Under the pieces are notes generated by a model. The model did no database searches, was not told where the DNA came from, and saw only the letters and a list, made by a program, of their open reading frames with translations. From Rebecca billardiae RCC1528 (taxonomy: Eukaryota > Protista > Haptophyta): 64,000 nt of DNA. The translations under genes and the position numbers were made by a program. Of the stretch, positions 35,780-47,359 are shown piece after piece; the first letter of the stretch is position 1, and every line of letters begins with the position of its first letter. Location: the NCBI GenBank assembly GCA_965240325.2, contig OZ251225.1, positions 2,418,001-2,482,000 of the forward strand, read 5' to 3'.

Positions 35780-36270
35780 CCGCGTCAACCTGCCTGCGCT
35801 ACCCCTAGGCGACCCGGCCATGGCGCTGGGGCCTTGGATCGTGGGCATTGCCATACGGCCAGAGTGCCAAATGCGCCAAACAGCTCACTGATGAGTTGGC
35901 GCGGCCGTCGCAGCTAGTGAAGGAAAGGCTCGACGAGCACCTCGAGGAGTCAATCACGCCACGATTCGGGCAGGTAGTGCCATACCGAGTACTCGAGCGT
36001 CACTTGGATCAGCACGATCAGCGGCTCGACCACGCCGACCTTGAACGCGGTCGTCTCGATTGCCCATGCGGCCAGGATGGCCTCACGCCACTGCGCCGGG
36101 TCGCGCAGGCCGCCAGCGCCCTCCGTGCCCGGGAGCGAGAATGCAAAGAGGAGCGTGCTAAGCGCGGCAATGAGCGCAACGTTGACAACCCACACGAGCC
36201 GGCACTACCAGCGCTTGGGCCTGTTGGTCCATCACCTGCTCAAGCTCGAGCTTCGTCAGCCGCACCTTGA
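35780..36270 (-). pseudogene. decayed fragment of a multi-pass membrane protein gene
   Basis: Protein-like hydrophobic frame LVWVVNVALIAALSTLLFAF...AWAIETTAFKVGVVEPLIVLIQV is bracketed and interrupted by in-frame TAG/TGA, with an apparent upstream frameshift. Confidence 0.45.
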
Positions 36271-37279
36271 CCTGCGCTCGCACGCTGCCCTCGCGATGGC
36301 CCTGGCCATGCCGTCCATGCCGCGTGAAAGCAAAAGCGGCGCGCACTGACGAGCCGAGCTCGCTGTTGGCGCCGCCGGCATGCACGGCGTCGCGCTCGTG
36401 TGCCACCCGGTACGACTCCATCAGCGCCCGTCTGGCGCACGTTGTCAGTTATTATTAATATTGACGTCGCGACGAGACACGATGACGAGTGGGGCGCTGC
36501 GATCCGAGTCACCGGATCCGACCGGCGCCGATCACGTGCACGAGCGCGCGCGCGCGACTATCATCAGCACGACTCTGCTGATGGGGCACCAATGTTTGTA
36601 TACAACTGCCCGGTAAGCTATACAGTCGTGATGATGTACTGTGTCGGTCGTGTACAGTCCGGGCCGGTTGACTCGCTGCTATAAGTCTCTGATGACTGTC
36701 GGCGTCGCGTCGCCGCACTGGCGGGCACGACTACTCGCTACCGGCCGTGCCACTAGGCACTAGGCCTCACCGGGGTAGCCCACTAGTTGTGACGACGAAT
36801 GGACGATGCCGCCATGAAGTGGTGACCGCGTACGCCGATGATGCCGACGCCGATGATGATGCTGAAGTTCGTCGACAGACGTCGTCGACGACGCGATCAT
36901 GTCGCCGGGATCAACATTGATGGGCCAGCGGCCGCCCTCACCGTCGAAGGTCCCGGGCAGCACTCGCGGTAGCCAGCGCCCACCGGCACCGGCCACCGGG
37001 CGCTTCAGGCCATTTGGTCCGCACACCCTGGCGCCCACAGGCGACATGGAGCGGCAGCCACTCGCCACTCGGCGATGCCGCGCGGCCCGCTCGCGCCGCA
37101 GCCAGTCTCGTAGCCACATGCATGCAAGCAGGAGAGCACAACAGCTGCGCAGCTTTGAAACCCAGCGAAGGACAGCGCTCTCGTTCGACGATGCGCGATG
37201 CCATGGCAGCCGTCAGGAATGCTTGCCCAGCAGACGTTGGTGATGGCGCGCGTTGCCTACGCCGCTGGTTCCGGCCCCC

Positions 37280-38920
37280 TCATTCTTTGATGACCCAATC
37301 CTGCGCGCAATCGAGGGGCAAAGGAGGCACGGGCGCGGTGGGAAGTGAGCATGGCACTGGGCATGCATCATGGGCGCACGCACGCCCAACATGGTTGCCA
37401 CACACACCGCGTGCGAGTCCTTCAAGTACTGCTTCCCGATCTCCAGACGCTCGAGCGCCTGCTCGACGTCGGCGACGATGTCGGCCGTGTCCTCGACGCC
37501 GACCGCATAGCGTATCAGCCCGTCCGTGATGCCCACCTCCTTGCGCTCCTCAGGTGGCACGTTCCAGTATGAGATGATCTGCGTGCGCACGCGCGGGGGG
37601 CGGCGCCGACGGGGCGGGCGCAGCTGAGGAGGCAGTGCGCGCCGGTTGACTGGGCACGGGCGGCGCAAGGACACGGTCGTTTGCGGCGCACCGTCGGCTG
37701 CTCGACGAGCGAATCGACACCGCCGAGGCTGGGTGCGATGTGCGGCAGCTCGAGCGTGTCGCAGAACTGTGCGCCCGCATGCAGCCCGCCCTCGAGCTCA
37801 AACGAGATCACGCCGCCAAAGCCCTTGGCCTGCTGGACGGCGTGCGCGTGGTCGGGATGCGAGGGCAGCGTAGGGTAGATCGCCTTCTTCACCTGCGCGT
37901 GCGATCAGCGCAGCGCAGCCACGCGGAAGGGGCGGGGTGGCGGGGAGTCCTCAGCAAGCAGCATCATGGCGGGTGGCCGCACGCACGCGCGCACGCGGCC
38001 CATGCGCGCGCCTTCGGGTGCGAGTCCAGGAGCTGCGCGAGCGCTTCGCATGTCTTGTTCTGCTGTGCGACACGGAGGTGCAACGTTTTCATGCCACGCA
38101 GCACCATGTACGCCGCGTGCGGGTCGAGCACGCCGCCGAGCACGCCCTGAAGGTCGCGCACCTGCGCGACATGCTCCTCGCGACCCGAGATCACGCCCGC
38201 TACGACGTCGTGGTGGCCGGCGAGGTACTTGGTGGCGGAGTGGATGACGAGGTCAGCGCCGAGATCCAGAGGGCGCTGGTTGCACGGCGTCGAAAACGTC
38301 CCGTCGATGCACAGCAGCGTGCCCGCGCGCCTGCAGATCTCCGCCGCTTTGGGGATGTCGACGCACCGCAGCGTCGGGTTGGCGGGCGACTCGGAGAAGA
38401 AGATGGACGCGCCCTTGCTCACCTCGTGCTCGAGCGCAGCGAGGTCGCCGGGTGGGATCACAACGTTCTCAACGCCCTGCTTACAGAGGATCGTGTTCAG
38501 GAACTGGCGCGTCCTCCGGTAGCAGTCTGTTGTCGTGACGATGCGCCCGCCCTCGGGCACGAGCGCCATGAACATGGCCACGGCGGTGAACATGCCGGAG
38601 GCGCTCGCGAGGCAGTCCTCGGCGCCCTCGAGCTCCATCATCTTCTTCTCCACCGCGCGCACGGTCGGGTTCCCGTAACGCCCGTACTCGTAGCTCGGGT
38701 ACCGCCCCTCATTGTAGTCGATGAGCTGCTGCGAGTCGATGAACGTGTACGCTGCTGTCTGCACGATCGGCACGGCGATCGCGTCCGACGACTTGTCGTG
38801 CCCGACACCCCGCGCAGGCTCGCCACCTTTTACGCTCGCCGTGCCCGAGCCTTGGCTCAGCCACCGCCGGCTCGCTGTTGGCCACACGCGGCGCGCGGCG
38901 ATGCGCTTCATCGTCATCAT
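37280..38920 (-). CDS. CGS: cystathionine gamma-synthase (PLP-dependent, plant CGS-like); introns 37893-38011 (GC-AG), 37579-37691, 37301-37407
   Basis: EYGRYGNPT, ASGM, TTTDCYRRTR, FSESPANP, IDGTFSTP, HSATKYLAGHHDV (PLP Lys), APSLGGVDSLVEQP, LIRYAVGVED. Confidence 0.9.
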
Positions 38921-39681
38921 CGATTCTCAGCCGGCGGCGGCCGAGCCACCGGCGCCGGACTTCTAACTTGCAAGTGTGAAGCAGGACTCTCATACCCCCA
39001 TACTGTACACTCTGACTCTGTGCATTCATGATGCGATAACGACTGCAGGCTCGTGGCAGCTGACTAATCCGCAGCCGGACTGCCAGAGGCCGGCAGGCCG
39101 CAGACTCCTCCATGCTTCGCACCAGCCGGATCGCTGGTCACAGGAAGCTAGGATCCAAGGCCAGGCCCAGGCGCGCGGACACCGCACCTTCGCAGCCTGT
39201 GCCGATCGAACCCGGGAGCCGACGCACCCGTGCGCACGGGCCGCGGCGCGTCGGGGAGCGCGACGTCTGGCGGTGGAAGCCTCGGTGGACGCTCCTAGTC
39301 GCGACGTGGCAGTTCGCCTTCCCACCCCAGGCTCCACCTCATCGAGAAGCGGCGACAGCACACAGCACCCCTTTTCCCGGCGGTTGGTTAAGCTGCTGGA
39401 GTGCTCACTGACTCGGTCCGTTGCAGGACGGACTAACTTGAATCACTACTCTGTCTCTGTAGTCTGTCTCTGCTCGCTATTCGTCTATATATATTCCGGA
39501 CTACCCGCCGGCGCGCGCGGCGTGCCAGTCGTGGCCGTCCGACGGACGCGGCCACGTCACAGCGCCACCGTTTGCCCGTGGCCCCTGGCCCTAGCTAGGC
39601 ATTCATCGGAATCATCGGGCTCCGGTCACTGTCCGGGACATCCAGCAAGGGTCGTGCATTCATCTCTTTTGGGGGGGTCTG

Positions 39682-39682
<1 letters not shown>

Positions 39683-39712
<30 letters not shown>
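39683..39712. repeat. poly-G tract (~30 nt)
   Basis: Homopolymer run with G-quadruplex potential. Confidence 0.9.
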
Positions 39713-40603
39713 CTCCCCCCAGCCGATCGAAGGACCAAATACGCCTCAATAGGGGCCCAACTCGCCAGATTTGCATCACAGACTGCGCGGCTGAGCCTGA
39801 CAGAGGGCGTGCAGCGGCGTCGATTGACAGCGTCAGCTCTGCGCCGCCTCGCGACGACCATGCGACGCCTCGCACGCAGCCCTGATCTCGGCGTCTCCCT
39901 CGCGAGTCAAGACGTAGCGCAGTGCAGGATCAAGCGACGCATCGACCGCTGCGGCGGCCGCCGCTGGCTCCGACCTCGGCACGCTCGCGCGGAACTCTCT
40001 GAGCCGGCCAGCTGTGGCAGTCCTCTGAGGAGCTGCAGCCAAGCACGAGCTCGTGCGCATGCCCGCGCCACTACGAGCTGACGGCGCGGCCCGGAGCGCA
40101 AGCAGCTCGACGCCGACAAGCTCCTGCACCCGCCCGCGCCGCCGCGAGCTCAAGGCGCGCGGCCCGGCAGAGTGAGCTCGACGCGGACAGCGCGCAGCTC
40201 GCTCGAGTTGACGAGCAGCTTCTCGCTCATCGATTACTCCAAGTGCACGAACGTGCACCCGGGGCGCGAGCGCGACAAGGTGCCGCCGCCCACCAGCGGG
40301 TGCGCCCTGATGAGGGCCTCCAGACGTCTCGCCTCCTCGCCCGCCGCGGCTATGCTCCATCGTGCGGGAGACCGGTCCGGGAGCGTCAAAAAAAGTAGTT
40401 CAGCACGATGGAGTCCTCCGTGTTCGACTGTGACGACGCGTTCGAACACGTCGAGTCGTGAGAATTAAGACGTCGATTACTTCGATGAGGACTACGTTAC
40501 TTCGGTACCCTCATCGTTCTCTGGCTCCCAGGGGTTCCGTTGAATGCACACACACCCCATAGGGTCACTGGCTGTCCCTGACTGTGGCTGGAGCCATCGG
40601 TCA

Positions 40604-42190
40604 TTATTGGAGGGAGTCGAGGACAGCCTGTCCGCGTGCCCGCCACGCAGCTGCGCGTTTGTCCAGAACCTCGAGCGCGCTCTCGTGATGAAGTACAGCA
40701 TGCAACGAGTTGTCAGATGGTCCCACCTCGCCCTCGGGCACGGAGTGCGCCTGCGGGTCGGCGGCGCACCCTGCGGCCATGGGCATCGCAACACGCGCAG
40801 CTGGCAGCGAGCTCACGCCTCGTTGGGCGGCGCTGTGTGATTGGTCACCCTCGAGCAACGCTGCCTCCAGCCATGGCAGCGGCAGCACACGCTCATGCAA
40901 CAGCACGGCAAGGCCAAAGGGCGTCGTGGGTGCCCACGATGCGGCCACTGAGCGATGGTCGCGCACCTCGGCGACGAGGGCGTCGAGTGCGTCAGCCGCC
41001 CGGAGCTGCAGCGCCGCGAGCACGTGCGAGCCTTCGGGCGCGATGTGCTCCATGCCATGCGCAAGTGCCGCGCTGTGCGCACCAAGCAGCAAGGCGAGCG
41101 CATGCCGCCATGCGCGATTGCGGGGCTCGGTCGGGACGAGCTGGGCGAGCGCGTCCGCGCTCCACGCCTGCACGCGCGCGTGCAGCTCGAGGCACAGCCA
41201 ATGCTGCGGATGCAGTGTACGCCACGCGCCACGCCACGCGTCGAGCAGGCCGTGGTCGTCGTCAGCATCGGCGCCCGCCACCGCCTGCGCAGCGCACGCA
41301 TGCGAGACCGCAGCGTGTATCCGTACGAGCTCGGCGTCGAGCGTGCGTGCGTCAGCCTCTGCACCGCACACCGCGCACGGCGTGTACCCGTCTGCGCGCT
41401 CGCCATCCGGGCGCTCGTGCTCGTCCACAGCGAGGTGGACGGCCGCTCCACCCGCCGATCCTTGCGCACACTCACGCGATGCGCAGCGCACGGCCTCGAG
41501 GTGCCGTTCGGCGGCGCGCACCGCCTTGGACTGCGCGGGGCGGTGGCAGCGGCGGCAGCGGCACCAGAACCCGTAGCGTTGCATGAGGAGCGCACGTCGC
41601 TGGTCTGTCGGCAGGTGCCACCGCGCCTCCTCCAGGTACCCAATCGTGAGCTCGGCCCCAGCCGCCACCGGCTCGGAGACGATGACGCGCAGCGCTGTGC
41701 GGCCGGTGGCCTCCGCGCGTGCCGTCACGAAGGTACAATTCGGCCGGCACGCGTGATTGAAGCGGCAGGCATCGGGGAAGACGCCTTCGGCGAAGCCGTT
41801 GCGCGCGAGCTTGGCCGCGAGCCGGCGCAGATCCGCAGGCGTCGACAGCCCGTGCGCACGCGCCAGCGCGCGCTCGTCGATGCCAGGCAGCGCGTCCTCG
41901 AGGATGCGCTCGAGCGCGTCGTCTGATGCGTTGCAGTGCGCCGCCGCGACAGCGTCATCGACGGGCTCCGGACAGAATGCCCAGCATGCTCGCACGAGGC
42001 GCGTGGTGTCCGCATCGGAGGACGCATGCGCGCGTGCCACGGCGAGCAGCACGTCAGCCACAGTCGCCGCGCCCTCAACGAGCGCGGATGCGACGCATAC
42101 CACGTCGCCACGTATGAGCGCGCGCGAGGCAACCACGCCGAGGCCGCTGTCACCGCAGTCTGCGACCTCGCAGCTGACGAGCGGCGGCAT
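40604..42190 (-). CDS. SET-domain lysine methyltransferase, SMYD-like
   Basis: GLGVVASR, RFNHACRPNC, GAELTIGYL, post-SET YGFWCRCRRC, LHPQHW. Confidence 0.88.
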   Translation of the reverse strand: MPPLVSCEVADCGDSGLGVVASRALIRGDVVCVASALVEGAATVADVLLAVARAHASSDADTTRLVRACWAFCPEPVDDAVAAAHCNASDDALERILEDALPGIDERALARAHGLSTPADLRRLAAKLARNGFAEGVFPDACRFNHACRPNCTFVTARAEATGRTALRVIVSEPVAAGAELTIGYLEEARWHLPTDQRRALLMQRYGFWCRCRRCHRPAQSKAVRAAERHLEAVRCASRECAQGSAGGAAVHLAVDEHERPDGERADGYTPCAVCGAEADARTLDAELVRIHAAVSHACAAQAVAGADADDDHGLLDAWRGAWRTLHPQHWLCLELHARVQAWSADALAQLVPTEPRNRAWRHALALLLGAHSAALAHGMEHIAPEGSHVLAALQLRAADALDALVAEVRDHRSVAASWAPTTPFGLAVLLHERVLPLPWLEAALLEGDQSHSAAQRGVSSLPAARVAMPMAAGCAADPQAHSVPEGEVGPSDNSLHAVLHHESALEVLDKRAAAWRARGQAVLDSLQ

Positions 42191-42336
42191 CGGCGGCCAG
42201 GCACCGGATCCAGGTGCACGGGTCGGGTGACGGCGGCCGTCTTGACTGCTCCGCCTGGTCGTGGTGCGCACGCACAGCTGCAGGATCCGCCTGGTCCTGC
42301 ACGAACGATGGCGTCCTGATCTAGCCGGGCAACGAG

Positions 42337-42750
42337 ATGGCCAGGCGCACCCTGCAAGAAGTGCAGGCTGAGCTCACCGTCCAGGAGCTCGAGGATGAAG
42401 GCAAGATGCTGGAAGATGTCAAGCAGGAGCTACGCTCGACAATGTCACAGCTGATGAATGAAGAGCGCATGCTCTGCGACATGCTGCACGCCGCTGGGGG
42501 CTCGCACGATCACGATGTCCAAGAGGAGGTCAGCGCGCAACTCTTTGGCGAGGAGGCCCTGATGAATACGAGCGTGGGCGACGCCATTCTGGACGAGCTC
42601 GTTCGCGGTGCGCCCTTTCGAGACGAGCATGACGACGAGGGTGACGATACTCTCGGAGAGCACGTGCGCTCACAGCTGTTGAGCCTCACACACATGCATG
42701 GCAGCGCGCGAACTGTGCCCATTGGTTCGGACCATGTGATGTCACAGTGA
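42337..42750 (+). CDS. small acidic coiled-coil protein, possibly SNAPC5/SNAP19-like
   Basis: 137 aa ORF. N-terminal helix QELEDEGKMLEDVKQELRSTMSQLMNEERMLCDML and an acidic tail. Confidence 0.65.
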   Translation: MARRTLQEVQAELTVQELEDEGKMLEDVKQELRSTMSQLMNEERMLCDMLHAAGGSHDHDVQEEVSAQLFGEEALMNTSVGDAILDELVRGAPFRDEHDDEGDDTLGEHVRSQLLSLTHMHGSARTVPIGSDHVMSQ

Positions 42751-45700
42751 TGGAGGCGCCGGCATTGCACCACTGCAGTGCTGGTACAGTATGAGACGAC
42801 ACATCTTGACCGTCGGCTGCGTCGAGATGAATCAGCCTGGCGGATCAGGCTCTCCCGGCAGGGCCCGGGCATACGGCCTACGGGACTTTATTTACGGCGC
42901 AATCAGCCCGATGAATGGGGTATCCATATTCCATGGGCAGCCCGGCGCTGTCTACGACTGATACCGTTGGTAGTTAACTGTCAGAGTATCGACAGTACGT
43001 AGTAATTCGGCGCGGCGCAGCCCGGCCGCCGAGCACGGAGCAGGCTGCCAATCCCGTTACGAATCCGTTCCACTTCCAGCCGCGACGCTTTCAGTTTCGC
43101 CGAATTCGAGGTCTCCACAGTGAGTAGTCCCGCGACTGAGCTCGCTAGTGTCAGTGAGTTCAGTATAGCTAATGAATAGTGACACTGATGATGAGTTACT
43201 AACTAGTCTAGCTAAGCTAGTCAGCCTGACGCCACGGGCACGGCAGGCAATCCTTTATCATCGAGCAGTCACGTCACTCGTCAGGCGAGACCGAGTGCGG
43301 GTGCCCCGGAGGACTGCGTGGCAGGCCAGCCGGAGGCACGGGTTCAAGTCGTATTGCGACGCGAGTTATTTAACTATCGGTGTCAGTGTGTCACTACGGT
43401 GACGACGGTCCTGATCCCAGAGTCCTAGACCGCCGATCCCGCCGCCCGGCCGCCGCGAGTCATCCGTCTCGCACAGCGCACTCGCAGCAGGCTACTCAGT
43501 AGTCACTCAAACAAAGTCAGTCGTACACTCATTATGGTACATACTTACTACTTAGGCGGCGCGGTCATCAATAAAAGCATTCAAAATGCTGCGCGTATGA
43601 TTCCGGCTGCTCGTCGTCGGATATATATACTACATGTGGTGTTATTGGTACAATAACTGAGTGTGTACTCGTGAGCTGCATGACGGTGGGGCTCGCCGTG
43701 GGGCCTCGCCCTCTGGCCCTCTGCACTCGAATTACCCGCTTCGCCGCCGCACCATCCAGGAGCAAATTCGAGGAAGTTGCTGGCGGATATCCTTCCGCGG
43801 GTGCGCTCATCAGCGGGTAATCTTGAGTGCCCCGGGCACGGCTCCCGCGCCAGGCCCTCGCCCTCGGCATGGACTCGTCGTCGTCGCTCTCATCTGGCGC
43901 GCACCGTCCGAGCACCTCGCTTCTCGACGGCGGCGAGCTGGATGTCGGCGGCACGCAGGCTGCACGCCAGGCGCCTCCTTCGGCTCTCGCCTCAGCTGGT
44001 GCCGGCCCTGCTCGCGTCTCCGGGCAAGTCCCTCGGCTGCGCTCGCCCTCGTCTCATCGCTTGAGCAGCGCAGCCAGACGGCGGCCAGCGGCAGCAGCAG
44101 CTAGTCTGCTAGTTCTGCACCGCTGTGCCAAGTTATAATATATGATCGGCTACGCCGATCTTCGGGTAGTGAACAACGAAGTTGAGGGCGCACGGCCCTA
44201 GTGGCTAGTCACCATCACGCAGCTAGTGAGCTTGTGAATGTGAGCAGCAGCCGCGACTTGTGACGACACGGTCGGACGCGGACGGTCGGACGGTGCCGGT
44301 GCGGCGGGGGCAGCGGCGGCGCGACGGCGTCGGCGGTGGCGCGCTCGTACAGCGTCTGCAGCACGTGCGCAGCGTGACTGCGTGTGCAGCAGCGCGCCGC
44401 TCAGCTCCCGCCGCTCCACGCCGCCGCAGCGGCGCGCGCGGCGCGCGCCCGCCTCGGCCGCGGCCGCGCCCGCCACCAACCATCCGTCGCGCCGCCGCCA
44501 GCTGCTGCGCCGTCGGTGACGGCGGCGGGTCGAGTGCAGAGAGGAGGTGGATGAGCCAGTGCAGCTCGGACTGCGTGACGTCCACGTCCACCACCGCGTC
44601 CTCCTTCGCCACCGCCATCTCCTCCGCCCGCCCCGCCCCCCAGCGGCGGTCCCACCACTTAGTAGGCGGCGACCGCGGCCCGGCGCACGCCGCCGTGACG
44701 CCGCGGGCGCCCGGCGAGCGCTCGGATGACGAACCGGCTGGGCGGCAGCGTGGGCGGCGAGGCGACGCGCTCTCCGCCGCTGACGGAGGAGTTGACGGAG
44801 GTCGTGCGCGCGAGGTCGGCGGCGGTGTGCGCGGCGGCGCTGGGCGAGTGCGCCAGCCTCTCGGGCAGCACATGCGCCACATGCCCCGCCGCGCGCCCGC
44901 CGCCGCCCAGGCTCCCGCGCTCGGCCGCGCGCCGCGCCGCCGCGCTGTCCGGATGGCGCACCTCCCTCGACTGCGCCGCCACCATCGCCCTCGCTCCCTG
45001 CAGTCGCCGCCCCCGCCGCCTGCCGTGACGCGCTCGCCGCGCGCCGTTCAGGCGGCACTCGCGGGCGGCGGCGTCGGCTGAGAGCCGGCGGCGGTGACGC
45101 GCGGGCGGCCGCCGCTGGCGAGGGTGAGGACGGACATGCCGTTCGGCGCGCCTCCCTCGTCCGTGCCGCCACCACCGCCCTCGCTCCCTTCAGCCGCCGC
45201 CCCCGACGCCTCCGCCTGGCCGCTACAAAGGCCGCCGCATCGCAACGGACTCGCGCCGACGTGCGGGCGGCGGTTGGATCGTGACTGTTCGCGACCAGAG
45301 ATACCAGAAGTGACGGTTCGTTAACTCGTACCATAAAACTTTACTACAAGAGGCAGAATCAAAGCCGATCGCTGCCCTTTCAAGTTGTCCAGGACACACT
45401 CGTTTTCAGAGAGCTGTTAATCCTCGCAGATAGAGATGTCGAATCCCACCCGCATTGTAATACGTTGATACTGAAACGTTGTTTTTGAAGTGTGGTTCTC
45501 TTCAGAGGAGAAGGATAATAGGAGACGATACTTTACTCTTTGAATTGGAAACAGCAAACCAGAAGTGTATATCAGCAGGAGAATCACGAACGGCCCACCA
45601 TCACGAACGGCCCACCAGTTCTCTTAAGAGAAGAGGGATGCGTCTAATCTAAACCGCTGTTTTTCAGAAGCGCGTGAATCAACTTAGCTGACGACCCAAC

Positions 45701-46080
45701 CTATCGTTTCTATGGTTGGCGAGCTGTTTCAGGCTCTTACAATTCAGGCATCTTACTATGACGGAATGTTCTAACACACGGCTGGTGTTATGTGCTATTC
45801 CACCCTGCATTCCCCTAAGTGTTACTATCGTTAAAATTAAGGGGCAGTACAAACGCAATCATTGCGGCAGCGATATCCACTCATACGCGGTGGCCACCTA
45901 CCGAAAAATCCCCAAAATCCTGCGCGCATCCTCTTTTTGATTTTGCGGAGCACGTGCGCCGCCCCCCCCCGGCTTTCGCTCACGCTCAGACCTTTCGGGG
46001 GGGCCGTGCGCCATTATTATATCCGCCTGAGTGATTAACTACACGGATGTCAGACGGATATGTACGGGCGGAGCCTGAAC

Positions 46081-46352
46081 TGGACACAGGGGCTATCATG
46101 ACGTGTACTCAACGGGCGGCAGCCCTCGTGGCGAAGGCTCGTAGGCGAACGAGCACGAGCGCCAACAGCCCAACTGGCGGGTCGCCACTCGACGGCGCAC
46201 GAGATGTTTGCTGAACTCGCCTGGTCGCGGGACGTCGTCTGCGCACGCGCCAGGTCGCGCTCCTCGCCGTCTTCGCCTATTGTTTCGTGAATGCCGCGCA
46301 CAACGCCGAACGCCAGCGCTTCAAGCCGCAAGACGCGTGCGCGGACTCCGGG
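46081..46352 (+). repeat. dispersed repeat, copy B
   Basis: Same orientation as 10846-11100, with several small insertions. Confidence 0.9.
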
Positions 46353-46523
46353 ACTCACCTGAGACGGTTCGCGGCGTCAGCGGCCGCCCTTGCCCGTTGT
46401 TACTGTCAGCAGTCTTGGCCGGACCGAGATCTGCGAATCAGCGGCTGAAGGTCGCGGCTCAGGCCACAACGCGAGCTCGCGTCGGGTCTGCTCACCGTCG
46501 TCGCGACGTGCGCCCCGTGGCAT

Positions 46524-47150
46524 TTACCAGTCCAAACGGGCGACTTTGCGATGTTCTTTGAGGCCTGTCTGCGGGCACTGCATCTCGGCGAATGTGAGCG
46601 GCACCATCGTCTTGCCCGCACCACTGCGCGCGAAGATGACGCCAAGCTCGTTCTCGGCGGTGGACAGGTAGTAAGATCTCGAGTCACCGAGCGAGAGGAC
46701 ACGAGCACGCACGACGTCGCCGGGGCGCACACATTTGAACATCTCGACCGCGTCCTTGTCAAAAGGGCGCACGTCCTCCTTCCTGATCAGACCAGACGCT
46801 GGCTCCTGCAGGACGGCTGCGCCGCCCGCCGTGCAGACGACGTCCACGTTTGCGAGCCGGGGCGTGATTCGGACCACACGACACAACACCACCTCGCCGA
46901 CGGAGGGCATCAGCGAGGGCGCCCGCCCGCGTGCCTCCACCGTGAGGACACGAGACCCGCCGGCCTGCCTGGAAACGGTGCCAACCATCGATGCGCGCAC
47001 GAAGCCATCTCCATCGTCGTACGCGCCCGGGCCTGCCTCGTACTCCTCTGTGGAGCCGAGAGCGTCTCCCGGCGTGACGATGGCGCCCCCAGTGGGGCCA
47101 GTGCCAGCACCAGCGGACTCTGCCACGCGAGTGCGCTTTCGCGACGCCAT
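46524..47150 (-). CDS. CSL4: exosome complex component Csl4/EXOSC1
   Basis: VTPGDALG..YEAGPGAY, S1 domain GLIRKEDVR...RPGDVVRARVLSLGD..YYLSTAENELGV, Zn-ribbon-like MQCPQTGLKEHRKVA. Confidence 0.95.
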   Translation of the reverse strand: MASRKRTRVAESAGAGTGPTGGAIVTPGDALGSTEEYEAGPGAYDDGDGFVRASMVGTVSRQAGGSRVLTVEARGRAPSLMPSVGEVVLCRVVRITPRLANVDVVCTAGGAAVLQEPASGLIRKEDVRPFDKDAVEMFKCVRPGDVVRARVLSLGDSRSYYLSTAENELGVIFARSGAGKTMVPLTFAEMQCPQTGLKEHRKVARLDW

Positions 47151-47359
47151 GAATGTGAGCGACGATCAACGACGTCGATCGCCGATTCATTGCGGATCAC
47201 CGGACAGCACAGCAGCCGAGCCCACCGCCGCCGAGCGAGCGACCCGGACGCGCGATCATCGCGAGACGACGCGATCGCGGCGCGCCGGTGCGGCCTGCGA
47301 GAGCGCGATATTTTTCACATCGCGGTGCGTGTGCGTGCATCCGGCCAGCGCCGCACGCC

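Noticed and set aside
39800-40470. Possible gene or pseudogene between CGS and the SET gene
   Set aside because: Stops in all plausible frames and no family motif. The strand cannot be decided.
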